DNA of 57,717 bases from an uncultured virus (IMG/VR IMGVR_UViG_3300029319_000009) (Duplodnaviria > Heunggongvirae > Uroviricota > Caudoviricetes). The DNA is taken from IMG/VR virus record IMGVR_UViG_3300029319_000009. One strand, written 5' to 3'. Positions 56,071 through 57,717 of the stretch are shown here, in pieces. The notes beneath the pieces were generated by a model, which was given only the letters and a program-made list of their open reading frames with translations, was not told where the DNA came from and made no database searches. Each line of letters starts with the position of its first letter. Position 1 is the first letter of the stretch. The translations under genes were made by a program, and so were the position numbers.

Positions 56071-56146
56071 TTTCCACTAGGTCGAGGTCAACCCGCAGGA
56101 GGGCACGGGGTAAAAGGTGTCCTATTTTCACTAGTTATGGTATAGA

Positions 56147-56662
56147 ATGGATACTTTGGTATTATCGTCTGCTTATCAACCGATGCACCATGTAAAGTGG
56201 CAAGAAGCAATCTCTATGTGGTTTGCTGGCAGGGTTGAAATTGTTTCAGTTTATGAAGATAGATTTATCAAAACTGTTGATGACATCTTTAATGTTCCTT
56301 CAATCGTTCGATTCGTAGGGAATGTTCTGAAAAGATTTCAGTTTAATAGAACAATTAAGTTCAGCAGAGAAAATGTTTTTATTAGAGACGAAGGTGTATG
56401 TCAGTATTGTTCTAAACAACTGAACAAACAGAATTTTACCTTAGATCACATCAAACCAGTTTCGCAAGGCGGTAAGAAGGTTTGGCATAACATAGTAACT
56501 TGTTGCAAATCCTGCAATCAAAAGAAAGGCAACAAGTCAGTTAAACAAGCAGGAATGAAATTATTAAAACCACCAGTTGTTCCAAAGGAACTGATTGTAA
56601 ATAAGGAAAACAAGTTCAGTCCTAATGTTCCAGACGAGTGGAAAGATTACCTTGGAGTATAA
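56147..56662 (+). CDS. HNH endonuclease
   Basis: SRENVFIRD...CQYC...TLDHIKP.SQGG...W.N.V.CC..CNQKK. Confidence 0.92.
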   Translation: MDTLVLSSAYQPMHHVKWQEAISMWFAGRVEIVSVYEDRFIKTVDDIFNVPSIVRFVGNVLKRFQFNRTIKFSRENVFIRDEGVCQYCSKQLNKQNFTLDHIKPVSQGGKKVWHNIVTCCKSCNQKKGNKSVKQAGMKLLKPPVVPKELIVNKENKFSPNVPDEWKDYLGV

Positions 56663-56887
56663 ATGTATAGATCGTATAAGATTACAGACTTTGAAGTAGG
56701 CGATTACTTGTATAAGTTTAAAGAGGGTAAGTGGGCAAATCATGGCAAGATTGTTATTGAAGAAAGTCAAGTTTTTGGTATTAGGTCTAATAAATTTGAT
56801 GGAATAATTATGCTTCGCAAAGATCTTGTTTATGAAGAAGGGTTTATCGCAAGCAGTAATTTACTTGACAATCAGCGAGAAGATTGA
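56663..56887 (+). CDS. Small hypothetical protein
   Basis: GGAG SD. FEVGD motif of small beta-barrel phage proteins. Confidence 0.55.
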   Translation: MYRSYKITDFEVGDYLYKFKEGKWANHGKIVIEESQVFGIRSNKFDGIIMLRKDLVYEEGFIASSNLLDNQRED

Positions 56888-56893
56888 TACAAT
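56865..56893 (+). promoter_or_regulatory. Sigma70-type promoter for tRNA-Leu
   Basis: TTGACA-17 nt-TACAAT with an extended -10 TG, 12 nt before the tRNA. Confidence 0.8.
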
Positions 56894-56905
56894 AGTTTTC
56901 AAGAT

Positions 56906-56992
56906 GCGAGCGTGGTGGAATTGGTAGACACAACGGACTTAAAATCCGTCGCCTCGTTTGGCATGGGGGTTCAAGTCCCCCCGCTCGTACCA
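56906..56992 (+). tRNA. tRNA-Leu (anticodon UAA)
   Basis: Acceptor GCGAGCG/CGCTCGT, anticodon arm ACGGA-CTTAAAA-TCCGT, long variable arm, TTCAAGT loop, encoded CCA. Confidence 0.95.
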
Positions 56993-57002
56993 AAGGTGTT
57001 TT

Positions 57003-57227
57003 ATGAAAAATAAAAAAGCATTAAAAGAATTTAGAGAAGAATTTTTATTAGATGAAGATTATGAGTATAGCATTGAACAAGACGATGGCGGGAAGACATT
57101 AGACATTATAGTTCCAGAAGGACATGCCAAGTTCTTAAGACAAAAGATTCCACGAAGATGGAGAGGAATTAGGACGATGATAATTTCCCGTAAAAAAAGA
57201 AAACAAATAGATGAAGATGAAATCTAA
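57003..57227 (+). CDS. Small hypothetical protein
   Basis: ATG at 57003 after AAGGTG. The longer ORF start overlaps the tRNA. Confidence 0.6.
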   Translation: MKNKKALKEFREEFLLDEDYEYSIEQDDGGKTLDIIVPEGHAKFLRQKIPRRWRGIRTMIISRKKRKQIDEDEI

Positions 57228-57230
57228 TTT

Positions 57231-57452
57231 ATGAAGATAGGTGATTTAGTTATAACAAAAACACACAGACATGTCGGCTGTATAATCGACATAAAAAAAC
57301 AAAGGTGGGCGGGTGTTTGCGCCAAGATCTTATTCTTTAAATCAGGTAAAAAAGAATGGAGAAAAATGGGCAACTTAGAACCACTTGACAAAATCCACAA
57401 GGAGGGTTATAATGGATTCACTTCAAGAGAAAAGAATGAGAGAGATCAATAA
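57231..57452 (+). CDS. Small basic SH3/KOW-like protein
   Basis: MKIGDLV...VGCIIDI pattern. Confidence 0.55.
   Translation: MKIGDLVITKTHRHVGCIIDIKKQRWAGVCAKILFFKSGKKEWRKMGNLEPLDKIHKEGYNGFTSREKNERDQ
57385..57413 (+). promoter_or_regulatory. Consensus sigma70 promoter upstream of tRNA cluster
   Basis: Perfect TTGACA-17 nt-TATAAT. Confidence 0.85.
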
Positions 57453-57570
57453 AGAGCAAGATAGGCTTCGTCGTAATGAGCTTATCTATGTAGCGGTCTC
57501 AAGCACATGTATGGGCTATTGCCTTGGTGAACTGGTGAGAAACTTTTTCCATTACATGGGCTGGATGTAA
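57412..57570 (+). CDS. Small protein with hydrophobic C-terminus
   Basis: GGAGG precedes the ATG at 57412. An alternative ATG at 57436 lies downstream of the promoter. Confidence 0.4.
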   Translation: MDSLQEKRMREINKEQDRLRRNELIYVAVSSTCMGYCLGELVRNFFHYMGWM

Positions 57571-57578
57571 AAATCCAA

Positions 57579-57655
57579 GCGCCCTTAGCTCAGTTGGATA
57601 GAGCATCGGTCTTCTAAACCGAGGGTCACAGGTTCGAATCCTGTAGGGCGTGCCA
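57579..57655 (+). tRNA. tRNA-Arg (anticodon UCU)
   Basis: GCGCCCT/AGGGCGT acceptor, TCGGT-CTTCTAA-ACCGA anticodon arm, TTCGAAT loop, CCA. Confidence 0.95.
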
Positions 57656-57657
57656 AA

Positions 57658-57717
57658 GCGGGTGTAGCATAACTGGTAAATGCACTGTTCTTATAAAGCA
57701 GAGATAGTGAGTTCAAG
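57658..57717 (+). tRNA. tRNA-Ile (anticodon UAU), truncated by window end
   Basis: D arm GCAT...ATGC, anticodon arm CTGTT-CTTATAA-AGCAG, T arm start GTGAGTTCAAG. Confidence 0.8.

Noticed and set aside
56147..56662. HNH as an RNA-guided (IscB/Cas9-like) nuclease
   Set aside because: It is 171 aa with no RuvC motifs or bridge helix and matches the common stand-alone HNH pattern. A link to the upstream structure is unproven.
2266..56770. Numerous minus-strand and nested ORFs in the track (e.g. 7940-8452, 15130-15636, 22138-22686, 55811-56131)
   Set aside because: They lie within or opposite well-supported plus-strand genes, lack recognisable motifs, and look like codon-bias shadows.
56958..57002. 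Upstream extension of the 56958-57227 ORF
   Set aside because: It overlaps the tRNA-Leu gene. The ATG at 57003 is the plausible start.
1..57717. Stop-codon reassignment as seen in some large phages
   Set aside because: Genes are intact and densely packed under the standard code, and TAA, TAG (e.g. 41106, 54516) and TGA (e.g. 9272, 17267) all end genes.
1..57717. CRISPR array, integrase or transposase
   Set aside because: No regularly spaced repeats or recombinase motifs were seen, and intergenic gaps are too short for an array.

Overview
This window is a 57.7 kb, AT-rich, almost entirely plus-strand segment of a large lytic tailed phage with a contractile tail and a distantly T4-like gene set. 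From left to right it holds: (i) putative tail/baseplate structural genes (<1-12662); (ii) a RuvC, primase and fused Mre11-Rad50 island, then a 20-aa Cys-rich peptide and three small membrane proteins; (iii) the head module (terminase, portal, gp21 protease, ribosomal protein bS21, LamG-CUB protein, scaffold, gp23 capsid); (iv) neck, sheath, two tube paralogs, a chaperone pair with a candidate frameshift, tape measure and baseplate hub; (v) a replication operon (miniature family-A polymerase, divergent tubulin/FtsZ-like protein, gp32-like SSB, RecA, 5'-3' exonuclease, DnaB, class II RNR); (vi) holin-like gene plus endolysin; (vii) small early genes, an HNH gene and three tRNAs (Leu-UAA, Arg-UCU, partial Ile-UAU). 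Two promoter classes are visible: sigma70-type TTGACA/TATAAT promoters before replication and early genes, and a recurring ACTATTTA(T) motif before structural and lysis genes. All product calls come from motif recognition by eye; no searches were run.
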